Shown piece after piece: positions 1 to 14,661 of a DNA stretch of 64,000 bases. The notes under the pieces were generated by a model. It worked only from the letters and a program-made list of their open reading frames with translations, was not told the DNA's origin and searched no databases. Made by a program: the position numbers and the translations under genes. Within the stretch, counting starts at the first letter, position 1. The number at the start of each line of letters is the position of its first letter. Source of the DNA: Eledone cirrhosa (Eukaryota); assembly GCA_964016885.1 (NCBI GenBank), contig OZ024740.1, positions 354,640,001-354,704,000 on the forward strand, written 5' to 3'.

Positions 1-1835
1 CACTTTGATGATCTTTTGAATCAGCCGTCTTTCGTCAATGAAGATTTCTTCAATCTTATTCCAGAAAGTCCTGTGAAAGTAGTTCTCGCAGAACCTCCGA
101 CGCTTGTGGAGGTTGGAGTGGCTATCTTGAAGCTGAACAGTGGAAGGTCTCCAGGTATGGATGGCATACATGCTGAGCTCCTACAATATGGTGGTGAGAG
201 ACTCCTGCAACATCTTCACTCTTTGTTTGGCAGGATATGGGCTAATGAATCCGTACCTGAGGACTGGAGAGATGCAGTAATGGTGGTCTTGTACAAGGGA
301 AAGAGTAACAGGAATGATTGTGGGAACTACAGAGGTATATCATTGCTTTCTGTTGTAGGGAAAGTTTTATGTAGGGTGCTTCTGGACCGTCTGCTGACAC
401 ACATTGGAGATTGTGTTCTTCATGAAAGTCAATCTGGTTTTCGTGCTGGACGCGGCACTACTGATATGATCTTCTCAGCTAGACAGCTCCAGGAGAAGTG
501 CATGGAACAAGTTTTAGATCTGTATCAGGTTTTTGTCGATCTGACAAAAGCTTTCGATACTGTTAACAGAAATGCATGATGGAAGGTTCTCCAGAAACTT
601 GGTTGCCCTGATAAGTTCCTTGCTTTAGTTAGGTCTTTCCATGACGACATGAAGGCTTGGGTTAATGTCAGAGGTAACAAGTCGGAGCCTATCTCAGTAA
701 AAAATGGAGTGAAACAGGGGGGTATTCCAGCACCAACCCTGTTTGCCATATACTTTGAAATGGTTTTCTATATTGCATTCAGGAATTGCGAGCATGGTGT
801 TTACATCCAATATCAAACCTCAGGCAGCATATTTAACATCAGGCGCTTTGCTGCAAAGACAAAAGTATTTACATCAATCATAAGAGACCTCTTGTATGCA
901 GATGATTGCGATCTTGTAGCGCACACAGAGAGTGATATGCAGCACATTTTGAATACATTTTCTGATGCTTGCACTGCCCTAGGATTGACTGTCAGTCTCA
1001 AGAAAACCGTCGTCATGTACCAACCTGCCCCTGGTAAGCAGTACAGTGAACCAAATATCTATGTGTAAGGAAAACAACCGCCATATAAACCAAAAAAGAG
1101 GTATAAGGATTCCTTGAAAGCCTCTTTGAAAGACACTAACATCTCTGCTGATACATGGGAAAATATTGCTGCTGATCGTAATAAATGGAGAAGGACTGTA
1201 TATGAGGGAAAAGTTGCTTTTGAGGCATCTCGGATCGCATACGAGAAAGTAAAGCGGGATGTGAGGAAGGGCATTGCTGTTGCACTTCCAGACGGCGAGG
1301 GTCCTCTTATGGTGCTGACATGCAGCGGCTGTGCGAGACTCTGCCTAAGCAAAGGTGGGCTCGAAAGTCATCTTCGCAGTCATAAAGTAAGACCAGTGGT
1401 TGACTACCAGGCTGCTGTTGAAGATGCTACTCATCATGCCTGCCAAGCATGTGGTAGAGAATGTAAATCAGCAGGAGGGCTCAAACGACATGCAAAAGTT
1501 CATGAACTCCAACCACAGCCGGCTATTCCCAGTGAATGTTTTGGTTGCCGACTCTGTGCAAGACATTTTAGATCATTGGCTGGGCTAAAAAGCCACATTC
1601 GATCGCAGTGCTGTTAATTGCTATCATGTGTGTGTATAGATATGTTTAAGTGTGTGCGTGTGTGTGTATATATAATATGTATATTATTATTGTTGTTGTT
1701 GTCGTTATAATTATTGTTGTTATTATTATTATTATTGTTATTAATATATATATATATATTTTTTTTTTTTCTCGTGCAATGGCCATACTCGATAACGAGG
1801 CGGCAGTCATCATGTATGTGTGTATGTATGTGTGT
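1..1835 (+). mobile_element. RTE-clade LINE, 3' part (RT plus C-terminal C2H2 zinc fingers), pseudogenised
   Basis: ORFs 16-579, 649-1068 and 1114-1617 carry RT motifs SPGMDGI, NYRGISLLS, QSGFR, FVDLTKAFD, GVKQG and LLYADD. In-frame stops at 577-579 and 1066-1068, and an apparent internal deletion near 1070. Three CxxC...H fingers. RTE-like 3' tail ends in (TATG)n near 1780-1835. Confidence 0.92.
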
Positions 1836-2879
1836 ATGCTGCTGAAAGGCTCCAAAATGGTGCATCCTAGAGAAAAACGCATTTGATTATCGAAATCTAT
1901 GTCCCAAAGAAAAGATTTTGGGGTACATGGAGTTTCTTAATTCTGAAAAGAATAAAAGAGGAATAAAGAAAAACAAAAAAAGTAATGCTATCAATCACTG
2001 TTATGATTAGATAGATGAAATAATAAGGTCATGTTGAAAAAATGTATAAGACAATCAATAAAATCCAGACTACTTAAACTGTCACAATCTATTAGTCCAT
2101 CCTAGGCTATGCATAACAATATCACTGTGGATGAGTCATGTCTAAGCTCTGTTGCTAGTTATACTTGACTGAAAAATGCTTATCTTGCAATAAAATTTGA
2201 ATAGATTAAATTTCAAGTCATGTGAATATACACCAAAATACCTTTTGGTCCATTGTAAACTGCCTTAGCACATACAATTGGATTTACTCTGGTTGTATAG
2301 TATTGAGAAAGACACTGAAAAATTGCAGCCATTTAGTCAATTTTGTAAACTCTTTTCTGAATAACTCTCATGACTTCTGATATTCCTTCCCATTTCCACT
2401 CAAGTAACACAACCTTTCTTTACATCATTCTGTTTTGGCTGCCAATTCAATGCTTGGTTAATCCCAATACATTTTACTCTACGTCTATTCACTTCACTTC
2501 ACCTTGAATAATTATTATTCATTTTACCTTCAACTTTTTAATCCTTTTTGCCGCCAATCCATTTTTTAATCAATTTATTAATAAATTTTTACAGCTTGTA
2601 ATTTTTTAGAATTCTGAATATTATAAATTTATAATTTGTTATATTTCCTATCGTATTTTTTTAATTTTTGATTACATATTTTTCCACCAGATATAGAAAA
2701 AAATGTTTACCTATGGAGTACGCTTCCCAACAATGTGGTTTTGAGTTCACTCTGACTGTGTGGCACTTTGAACAAGTGCCTACTATTATAGCCTTGGGTT
2801 GACTAATGCCTTGTAAGTGAAATTTATTAGACAAAAACTGCTGAAGCCCATCACACACATAAATATATATATATATCAT

Positions 2880-3890
2880 TATCATCATCATCGTTTTTAC
2901 ATCCGTTTTTCCACGCTTGCATGTGTTGGATGGGTCTTTCTCAATACGGCATCTCTCCGTTCATCATGATCCTTTGTCATTTCTTTGTGAGTCTCAGTGA
3001 TTTGGGGTCAGCTCCCACAATCTCTGCTCAGGTCTTTCTTGGTCCACCTTTACCACAGCTTCCTTCCACTGGCATTTCCTGCCACTTCTTCACCCAACTG
3101 TCATTGCCCATTTGCATCACTTATCCAAACCAATGCAGTCTTCTCTCTTGTATACTACCTCAGATTCCTCTTAAACCCAGCTTCTCCCTCAACTCATCCA
3201 AACTCTGCCTTTCTCACACTTACATTGTACATCCAACAGAGCATGGCTGCTTTATTTCTCTCTAGTCTACACATCGTCTGCAGTCACCACTAATGTTTCA
3301 CTACCATACAGTATTGCAGTTCACACACAAACATCATACAGTTGTCCTTTGTACATTGAGAGAAACCTTTTGTGTACCCAAGATTTACATTGTGTACATT
3401 GTATGGAGCTATACCTACTCCCTTTCTACATATTGAGCAGGGCCACTTTCCTGAAGTAATTAGGCTCCTATCTTCTCTCCTACTCACTAGCACTTTAGTT
3501 TTGGCTAAGTTTACTCTTAGACCTTTTGATTCTAAATTCTGTTTCCATAGTTGGAACTTATTTTCTAGTTCCTTAATGGATTCGGCTATAAGGACCAAAT
3601 CATTTTCATAGAGAAGTTCCCATAGGAAGCCAATCTTAAACTCCTCTGTTATTGCCTGGAGAATTATAATGAATAGTAGTAGGCAAAGAACTGAACCCAG
3701 ATGAACTCTTACCTGTATCTGGAATTCCTCACTAAACTCATTTCCTACTTTTATTTTGCTGGCAGCTCCTCTGTATATGGCTCGCACTGCTCTCAACAAC
3801 CATTATTTTGCACCTAATTTCCTTAAGGACCACCAGATTATAGATTGGGATACTCTGTCAAATGCTTCTAGATCAATGAAAGCTAGGTTA
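2880..3890 (-). mobile_element. RTE-like LINE fragment (RT and 3' end with (GAT)n tail)
   Basis: ORF 3290-3799 has degenerate GVHQGSVL, ELLY.DDL and GLRVNLAKTKV motifs. 2940-3200 encodes the C-terminal V.G...G.PRKTW segment on the minus strand. Same family as 58870-59140. Confidence 0.85.
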
Positions 3891-4353
3891 TAGTGGCTTA
3901 TATTCAAATATTTTAGCTTTTTGTTCCTGGAAGAAACTATGTATAATGGATGTATTTGTTCCAAAACTTACTGTTGTCTGAAGATTGGAAATGTGAGACT
4001 CGGAGTAACAGTTAGTAAAGTAATCTCCTCACAAGAAATTAGGATGTTTAGCTCACTCTTGTAGGGCTGTGAGTTCAATTCCAATTGGTTTGTTGTGCCC
4101 TTGAGCAAGACCCTTCATGTTTCTCCAGTCCACTCAGCTTCTTAACTGACAGGTATCCAACACATGAGTATTTGTATGTAAACGCTTCAATTTAAACACT
4201 TCAATGAAAACAAGCAGGAAAATAAAAGCACTTGATATTAAAAGTAAAGTGTCAAAATATATTTATTACCGCTGAAACTTCAAACATCATGACTCTGAAT
4301 TTCATACCTCCTATCTTTAGGAAAAAAAACCTGACACACACGCACACGCACAC

Positions 4354-4384
<31 letters not shown>

Positions 4385-4393
<9 letters not shown>

Positions 4394-4560
4394 ACACACA
4401 CACACAATGGATTCCATTCCAGTTTACCAAAATTCATTCACCAAGCATTGATAAACCTGAAGGTTTAATAAAAGACACTTGCCCAAGGCGCCATGCAGTA
4501 AGACTGAACTGGAAAACAAATGATTCTGAAACAAATCCCTTAACTGTACAGCCATTCCTT
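4385..4560 (-). mobile_element. Degenerate tRNA-derived SINE with (CA)n tail
   Basis: Contains gacacttgcccaaggcgccatgcagt...actgaac, the reverse of the SINE head and body also seen at 17570-17715 and 60410-60490. Confidence 0.55.
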
Positions 4561-5529
4561 GTAACAATACTATTAAAAATCTGTACCAGGTTTTCATGCT
4601 CATATTTGAGTAGATATCAAGTTGAATGTATGTCAGTTGACCTAATTTGATGAGAGGATTAAAATCCCCTTAAAAGCTGATATGAAACTTGATATATATC
4701 TAACAAACAAAATATTTGAAGAACTAAGAAGGAATTATGAAAAAATCCTTATTAAAAGATTTAAACTGAAAGTATAGTTATGTTTTTGATAATAACACAT
4801 TTAAAAAAAAGCTTTATCTGTTTGTGTGTGTATGCGTGTTTGCACAGGCATGTGTGTGTGTATGCGTGTTTGCACAGGCATGTGTGTGTGTGTGTGTGTG
4901 TGCATGTATCTGTGTGTTGTCTGTGTATGTGTGTGATAATGACCCATGTAACAAGATGGCCTTTGGGATAAGTTAGCAATAGCCTTAAGTATTGAACAAT
5001 TTTTGCAGGTAATGTATAAAAAAAATCTCTCAAAATAAACAGCCATTCATGATCATCATCATCCTCGTCATCATCGTTGTTTTTAAATCCACCTTTCCAT
5101 ACTTACATGGGTTGGATATTTTGAGACAATGTTTTACAACTGGATAAACTTCCTAACACTGACCCTTTTTTGTTGCTTCTTATGACATACAGAAATACAG
5201 TGTATATATTCTAAAAAAAATGGGATACACACAGGATTAGATATGCAAAATAAGTAAATTGTGTTGATTATTGGCACAGCATTCCTCATTATACAAGTAA
5301 TGGAGCAAATATTGAATAAATCATTAGCTGAAAGAATCTGGTTGAAGTGTACTACATTGATATCATCCTTGAGATTGAAACAAAACAAGTAACCCAGTAC
5401 AACCTGTTGACTAAGCCGGTAACCCCACCTAGCTTGCTTGGTGAGGAGGGTGATTGTACATCCTGCAGGAGGAAAAACGAGACCTAACAAAGGGCAGAGG
5501 AACTCATGAGATTCAACAGCCATCCAATA

Positions 5530-6194
5530 GTATTTATTAATGTATATATTGTCTGGGTGTGTAAATATGTATATACGGATGTGTGTGAGGGTTGTTTACG
5601 TACATATGTGTATTTTTAATTTTTTTAACTTTTAAACTTTTGAATAATTCTTTTTTATTTCATTTTATCTTATTTATCTATTTAACCTATTTATTATTTA
5701 ACCTATTTATTATTCAGCCGCTGACCTCTGCCTGACCAACCCCATTTCATGCGCACGTGAGCTCTGCTGAATACCTCAGATGTTCAAAACAACGAACAGC
5801 GGAGGACACGTTTCGCACCTTTCCGACAGACAACCTTTCCCCCAACCCGGAAAAAAACCTATTTGATGGATGTGAATCCGAAATATATAGGGACAATTAA
5901 ATCTCTCCCAAGGTAACTCTTTCTCGTGTTGTTATTTTTATTTTTATCCTTTACGCTCTTTCCTCCATTCCTCTACACGTTACAGTCTTATACATACCAC
6001 GCATCTCAACGTACACCCACTTACATCTCTCTCTCCACCACCGGATCTTGTTACCCGGAAATTTACCCATCTGCATTGTCGAGGCTTCCAAACGACTTAA
6101 AGAAATTTACCTTATTATTCCACAATGCTTCAAGCAAACTTCAATACTCTCTTATTTATTATTTATCTGGGAAAACCTACGGCTGCTGCAGCTA

Positions 6195-6200
<6 letters not shown>
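5530..6200 (+). mobile_element. Probable decayed Penelope-like 3' UTR/pLTR fragment
   Basis: Pyrimidine-rich non-coding tract with a degraded hammerhead-like motif CCTA-TTTGATG-GAT-gtga-ATCC-GAAA-TATATA-GG at about 5858-5891. Confidence 0.3.
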
Positions 6201-6229
<29 letters not shown>

Positions 6230-7410
6230 GAAGAACACACTGAAAATCCTGCAGTTGATACAGCTACTGGTGATCTTGCATCTGCTTGTCATAGGATTCT
6301 GGCTGTTATACTTAAAGAGCTGCATGTGTGTAGAACAAGCATATGCTGCTTTGATCTCCTTGTGCAGATATCTCTTCAAAGTCCTGTGGTGATGAGTTGG
6401 AGTTATGCAGTTGCTAATCTACACACAGGCAGCTTAAAGCTTTTCTAAAATCATTGCCAGTTTTCAGAATATGAACTAGCTTGGGCAGAGTCTTTTGTGA
6501 CTGAGCAGCCCTTCTAAGGAAAAACACTGCTCACCTAAATCTTGGGAGAGAAAAGGTGACCCAAACATTGTCTGTTCCATCATAAAACTGCTCAGCTACC
6601 TGTGGCTGATGGCTGTAGGAAAAACAAGAAGAAGAGTAATTTTCAAAGGAATAGAATTGCATTGAATGTTGCTCTATGGAATATTAGAACACTTCATGAC
6701 AGGGAATTATCCACAAATCCAGAACATAGAACTGCGATTATTGGCAGAAAATTGAGCAGGTATAATATTGATATAGTTGCACTCTCTGGAACCCATCTTA
6801 ATAGGGAAAGTCATCTATCAGAGAGGAGTGCTGGCTATGTATTCTTTTGGAAAGGAAAACCAAATTGGGAGAAAAGGAATGAAGGAGTTGGTTTTGCTGT
6901 CCAGACAGAGGTCACAAAATGGCTGGAGCAACCACAAGGTATATGTGATCAAATTATGCATCTAAAAGTTCCTCTTTCGAGGGGACGTTTCATGCCTGTC
7001 ATTTCAGTGTATGCCCCAACCCTGCATAGTAACCAGGAATCAATCATGGCTTTTTCCAAGATTTACGAGTGTGTATAACATTGATTCCACATTCAGACAA
7101 GATCTTGCTAAAGTGTTTAGGGCATCATGGAATGGGCAAAATAAATGCCAATGGTCTTCTCCTTTTGCAACTATGCACTGAGTTTGAGCTGGTCATGTGC
7201 AATACTTCTTTTTTCAGCAAAAGGAAATCCACAAGACAACATAGATACACCAGAGATCCAAACATTGGATTATATCATCACCAGGAAGAGAGAACTCCAG
7301 GATATCTGCTCTGTAAGAGTAATGCATGGTGCAGAATGTGGTACAGACCACAAATGTGTACGTGGCAAGATGAAGGTGCAGATCAGAAGAAAATTGACGA
7401 TAGATTGAGT
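6230..7410 (+). mobile_element. RTE-clade LINE 5' part (5' UTR plus APE endonuclease), frameshifted
   Basis: ORFs 6602-7078, 7069- and 7145-7408 carry APE motifs ALWNIRTL, YNIDIVALS, GVGFA, ISVYAPT, LDYII and ECGTDH. Truncated before the RT. Confidence 0.9.
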
Positions 7411-7762
7411 GAAAAAGCAAATTCTAATTTTGTTTTTATAATTTTTATAATTTTCGGTAGAGCCAGCCATAAAATCACTCAGTATGCAAATAAAGCTAAT
7501 CAGCCGATGTATACATTACAGAATATTATATATTCTGGAGAGTTATAGTGAATGACAGAAAAAGATACACAATCTTTATAAAGGGAAATAACCCAGAAAC
7601 AACAATGTTGATTGTTTCTCTGTTCCACCGCTAGAACAAAAGGATGGCGATGGTCATCTAAAAAACATAGCATAATGAGGCTGTTTGCTTGCAAATGTAT
7701 CAAATATTATTATTATTCAATATAAAACTCACGAATACATTTATATATATATATATATATAT

Positions 7763-8329
7763 CTGACGAAGGACTATTTTTATCATATGTAACCCATGTG
7801 CAAACCACGCAGTATTCTTCTTTCTTCTCATGTTTTTTATATATATTTACCTCGGCTGCTTTTGTCTGTTTCTCTCACCTTCTTTCGCCCCCTATGTCAG
7901 TTACACTTTCTCTCGACTGACCTCTTCCTCACACTTCCACTCACTCACTCTCTGTTTCTCCCCTTCTCACTTCCTCCCATTTGGCTTGTAGTGGGTCTCT
8001 TCTTGCTTACATCTCACACACATCAACACGGTCTGTACCTCTCTCACTCGTGAAATCCACCCAGTTTATGCTGACCGGACAACCATGTTGCTTGTTTATT
8101 TTCCTATCTTCCGTTTGCTTTTATCCTTCTATGTTGTTTACTTGTCCCCCTCGCCTTACGCGAATTCTGGTCCCAATAACTTTTTTTAGTTATTGCTCGC
8201 ACCAACCTGAGGTATCTGATTTTTAATGCGATGAAATACCAATGATGGTTGGAAAATCACTGACGAAGGACTAACTTCATCATATGTAACCCATGTGCAA
8301 ACCACGCAGTATTCTTCTTTCTTCTCATG

Positions 8330-8345
<16 letters not shown>
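7763..8345 (+). mobile_element. About 500-bp non-coding unit with ~85-bp terminal direct repeat (PLE pLTR or retrozyme-like), flanked by (TA)n
   Basis: 7763-7845 repeats at 8260-8345. Both copies start with CTGACGA-AGGAC, a hammerhead-core-like sequence, but the downstream GAAA box is degraded (gtgcaaac). Confidence 0.55.
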
Positions 8346-8370
<25 letters not shown>

Positions 8371-8504
8371 TGAAATTTCTTAAAACATCAGATGCAAGAT
8401 ACATCTCTCCATCTCACTTAACGTTTGAAAATGGTCCAAACGTGAAACCAGTAAAGTTATTATTAATAAGTCTTATCAAAACCTCCAATTGCATTTTCAA
8501 CTTC

Positions 8505-8510
<6 letters not shown>

Positions 8511-8583
<73 letters not shown>
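8511..8583. repeat. (AG)n microsatellite
   Basis: Pure AG dinucleotide run. Confidence 0.97.
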
Positions 8584-8587
<4 letters not shown>

Positions 8588-9556
8588 GGGGAGAGAATTA
8601 GGTATATATATATACATTCATTTATTAGTAGTACAGATTAAAATTGTAAGTAAAGAATTTCTGTTTTCACCCTATATACAATCCTTATCGTGTCCTCTTC
8701 GGACTTTGGTATTTTTATTTACTATATATATATATATATATATATATACAGTACATGCTGTAAAGTGGTTGGTGTTAGGAAGGATATGCAGCCATAAAAA
8801 TCTTGAAAATCAAGGGCTGGAAGAACTTCTTAGTCATGTTAAAGATGTGACAGCTTCCTTAGTGTTGGTGATCTACATGATAAACACACCCAGTACACCT
8901 TGTAAAGTGATTGATGATAGGAAGGGCATCCAGCCAAAGAAATCTTGCTAAATAAAGGGTTGGAAGAATCCTCAGTTGTATAAAAGAGACTGTACATAAG
9001 CAAGATGACAAAACCACAGTCTATCTAGGAGATAAGTAGCTCTGCTTCAGTACTGACTTGGACTATGTACTCATCCAACCCTTGGTAGCAGGGAAAGCGG
9101 ACATTAAAACGGCGATGATGATGATGATGATATATACATCTGCAAATAGCTGAGTCTTATTACTTTCAACTTCTGTACTTAGGTATATTGCTTTTTGAAA
9201 AAAACAGCAAAAACGAACAACTGCCATATACCCATAGGTGTAACAAGGGAAAATAGCACCTATGGCAAACATTGAAATTGCACCCCTACCCATGCAGCAA
9301 GCTATATAGCAGTTGTTAGACAATGGGATTGATATAGGGTATTAAACTGCATTTCCATTTGTTAAACAGGTATCCTTTAGGCTTAAGTATACATAAAGTA
9401 TTGGCAAAAGAGTTAGGGAGTGATCTGTGTAATACTGATCTTTGACAAATATTAAAACCCTATTAAAATATTTACAAGTCATACTATGAGGTATACCTCT
9501 GTGATCATGTAGTTTCCAGCATTGTATTTTTACCTATGGGCCTAATAATTTATATA

Positions 9557-10357
<801 letters not shown>

Positions 10358-10894
10358 TATAAATGGTTTAATGATCCAGCCACCATAGTGTTTATCACCC
10401 ATAATAATCAAAGACATATCATACATCTGAGGAAGTTTCTTTTTTCAATCTCTGACAATAGCTTATCTGACTTTAATAGAAAGTGCTCCTAGTCCAGTTA
10501 GCACCCCTTTCAAGTGGCGCCCATGACATGTGCCATGCTTGTCATACCCTAGATATGCCTCTGCATACACCAAAGAAGTTTATTTACCTGTTTCTTCTTT
10601 GGTCACCAGTAGAACTTACATACATACTAATTGGGTGACAGAGGAGATACAACACACCCAGACAGCTAAGCTGCACCCCATACTACAAACTATTTCATGT
10701 CAAAGTGTATAACATAGTCTTCAATCAAAAGTTCAACTAACTGCTTACATACTCAAGCAGAGTAAAACAAGTTTGGATAGATTTATAGAACAACAACCAT
10801 ATCATAACTTACCTGAATCATTTATCTTATATCTACAAAATAACATTTTAGGTGAAAAATCTATATATAAATTTCAGTGACTTCTGTCCATCAC

Positions 10895-10897
<3 letters not shown>

Positions 10898-10967
<70 letters not shown>
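10898..10967. repeat. (TG)n microsatellite
   Basis: Pure TG run. Confidence 0.97.
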
Positions 10968-10971
<4 letters not shown>

Positions 10972-12649
10972 GTAGGGAAGGGATGGTGAAAAGACTATAG
11001 CAAAACAACAGCTGGTGTTCCATTTGCTATGATGTGTGTGAGTGTGTGAATGTATGTCTGTGAGTGTGTATTTTTATGTGTCTGTTTGTGCATTTACGTA
11101 TATTTATATACTCATATGCACACACACACACACACACAAATATACACATATGCATCAGCATGTTGAAAAAAATTCTACTGTAATAAATTACACGATTTAC
11201 TACTTTATTAAATAAACCTTAGAGTAATAAATACAGAATAAGAAATACAGAACTTCAAATTGGTGAATTATTGTGAAATACATTCATAGGCCAAGTAATA
11301 GACTAAAACTTCTCATTTTGTTTCTGAAACTTTGAGAATTCTTGGAACTGTTGACAGTAGTTTTATAAATCATTAGGAAGATGTCAATATTCGGAGAGAG
11401 TTGATATTCCTTTCACAACCAATAATACATTAACACTGGATGCACTCAGGAGGTAGTCGTAAATAAGTGTTGTTACATACGCATAGACAAGAAAAAGTAT
11501 TGATATAATATTATTAAAAGCACACACAAACTAAATGATAAGAAACACTGGCTATTTCAATCAATATTACAGTGCTATCAGAAAATATTTCATGACAATA
11601 CAGGAATCTAACCAGTAATCAAAAGTGGCGAAGAACATTTGTTGGCAACAGAAAGTTGAAGGAGAATAATGAATTCCTGCTAAACTAGATTCTCCCTAGC
11701 TAAAAATAAAAATCAATGTTATTGATTTTATAAATCCCCATTTTGATAACCTTACTATAAATCTAGTTGTTTCAGGATGGGTAGCTTTGTATTATGCTAT
11801 AAGAGTCCATAAAAATAGACACATTGTTTCAATTTTATATTGAGCAGTTTAAGGAACTATTATTTGGATCTACATTTAGAAGGATTCCCATTTATTTTGT
11901 CTTCAGCATTTTCTCTACTGAAACTGCAGGTATTGAATCCTATATATTTGACAACAACAATCACATAACTCAGGTTTCCCCAGAACCACAAATATCAAAA
12001 ATTATCTCAATTCTTATTTTACTTATATATCTATTTATTGTTACTTTATACCTTATATACCATCCTCATCATTAATATCATCCTCATAATCGTCATTTTA
12101 AATCTGTTTTTCAATGCTTGCATAAACTGGGTGACCCTTCTTCAGTTCAGCATCTTAATTGTGAATTTCGAAAGATTTAGTAATGTAACAAATGTTCTCA
12201 TTATTAGTTTCTTCCCTCACACATCTTACCTATGGAATACTCTTCACACTTCTTGCCTTCCTCACATTTTACACAAATTCAAAAGCAGCATCAATTGACA
12301 TCTTTCTCCTGGAAATATGTTCTCTCTGTCTTGTAATTTTTCCTTTTCAGTAACCCCTTGCATTTTAGTAGCTTTATTGCCTTGCTTATGGTGATTAAAT
12401 AAAAAAGATAACTTAACAAAGGTTCGTCTGTAAAATTATGATAGAAGGTTTTCAGATAAATATAAACAGTTTAAGATAAACACTTTTGTATCATAGAACC
12501 AGAGGTAGTTTCAGGCAGTTTAGGAACAACAAGGTTAATCCATTTGTTACTGTATTTCTAATGAAATATTTGAATTAGTTATTGAAGAATTTGGAGAGAT
12601 TTACTAAAATTATGAATTATTTCATTACAAGGATGGTATTTATAATATA

Positions 12650-12840
12650 ATTATTTCTACTTTTGGCACGAGGCCAGCAATTACCCAGTATATTACTGGT
12701 ACTTTATTTTATCGACCCCCGTAAGGATGAAAGGCAAAGTTAACCTCGGCGGGATTTGAACTTGGATTGGAAAGGGCCGTAACTCTAATGCGTCAAAGCA
12801 TGGTGTCCGCCTTCTACCGATACTGCCAATACACCGCCCT
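12650..12840 (-). mobile_element. tRNA-derived SINE with Nin/Deu-like domain, nested in a TTAA MITE (about 12535-12965)
   Basis: Reverse complement of gggcggtg.attggcagtatcggtag...gttcaaatcccgccgagg...gcctttcatccttacggggtcgataaaataaagtaccag, with A/B boxes. Confidence 0.85.
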
Positions 12841-13025
12841 TAATGCAACAAAATTATAATTAAGATGAAAGGTTTTAATTTAAATAGAAACCCTTTCAAA
12901 TTGGGGGGGATTTTTTTTCATAGAACCAAAGGCAGTTTTGGGCAGATTGATATCAAAAGAGTTAAAATTGTCATGGTATATTTATTATAGGAAGATGACA
13001 ACCTAACACAAAATTTGAGTCTAAG

Positions 13026-13088
<63 letters not shown>

Positions 13089-13436
13089 TAAAGAGAGAAG
13101 GAGAGAAAGAATGAGAAAATTGTTCTTGTTCCTGTTAATTTTAGGATTATGTTAAGCTGTATTTCTAATACATTGAGGTGTTTACAGATAGTTCGACATG
13201 TAGCAACATACTATATATATTTTAACTTAACAATATAATTTACCACGCCTTTGTGCTTGGGAACGTGTACATGACTGTACCCTGCTTTGATTCAGCAGAA
13301 AATATCTTAAAATAGGTTTGTTAATTCTTAAGTTTATAGTAAGTATTTTTGCTAGTGGATGGATTCTTTAATGTGATGCAGTCATAGTGTTGTTTTGTAA
13401 TTTCAAGAATGTCTTGAAAACATTACAAGACATTAA

Positions 13437-13634
13437 CCCTTTAGCATTTACATTACTCTATATATATTATTGTATTTTTGTGGTAAAGGCTTTACATCAC
13501 ATAATTATCTCACATAATATCGAATCTATGAGATTTTGATGTTATTTATTTTGAGAACAATACCTTAACGTCAATATGAGCAGAAAGAGGTGAGAGAATT
13601 TTGGCTGAATATGGCCAGTTTAAATACTAAAGAG
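13437..13634 (+). mobile_element. piggyBac-like MITE (TTAA-CCCTTTAG...CTAAAGAG-TTAA)
   Basis: Terminal inverted repeats and TTAA target duplication. Other copies at 55004-55208, 60507-60720 and (partial) 27170-27340. Confidence 0.8.
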
Positions 13635-13640
13635 TTAAAT

Positions 13641-13680
<40 letters not shown>

Positions 13681-14036
13681 AAGGAAGTTTACAATGTTTT
13701 CAAACAACACAGGTTTATACACCAAATATATATCTGCTTTATTTAGAATTAAGTTGAAAACAGATAAATTTCATTGTATTATAGGTAATTTTTTCAAAGG
13801 AGAATATATGAGCTGGCCACTTCATCAATCATACAATGTTCTTGTTGCTCCCAAAAGTGACCTGTAGCTCATAATACTCTTTTACTTGGTTCATTCAGTT
13901 GACTGTGGCCATGCTGGGGCACCACCTTGATTTAGTTGATCATATCAACCTCGGTACTTAGTTTTTGAAGTCTGGGACTTATTTCTTTTGTCAAACTGCT
14001 AAGTTACAAGATAAAAAAACACTAACATAAATGTAG

Positions 14037-14074
<38 letters not shown>

Positions 14075-14620
14075 CATCATTATCATCATTTTTACATCTA
14101 CATCCATTTATGCTAGCATGGGTTAGATAATATATATATCATCTTCAGTATTTTAATGTCATCTTTCCCTGCTAGTAAGGGTTGGACAGGTCTACATAGA
14201 CCAAGTCAGTACTAAAGCAGGGCTACTGACCTCCCAGACCGGCTAGGGATCTGCATCTCACTTACATACAGTCTCATATTCTACTCAGTGCACAGGAGAG
14301 ATTATCATGTCTTTGACACTACTGAAGAGTCCTCCCACTCGTTTTTTTGGCAAACTTTTTATGGTTGGATACCCTTCCTATCACTAAACACTTTATAGCA
14401 CATACTGGATGCATTTATCATATAGATCACCAACACTAGGGAGACTGTCAGGTCCTTGATGACTGAAGGGTCCCTCCAACCCTTTGTTTAGCAAGCTTTC
14501 TATGGCTAAATGCCCTTCCTATCCCCAACCACTTCACAGTATATACTGCAGAATCTTTTCATTATATATATATATATATTGCCTTGTGAGTCGAATGGGT
14601 AATTAGAAACTGCAGAGTCT

Positions 14621-14661
<41 letters not shown>

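Noticed and set aside
1840-1942. Minus-strand exon after a strong acceptor at 1943
   Set aside because: Stops in all frames from the main acceptor, and it is interrupted by the LINE tail.
8295-8951. 218-aa ORF and the many YIYI/CVCV/HTHT/RERE ORFs across the window
   Set aside because: Translations of dinucleotide microsatellites.
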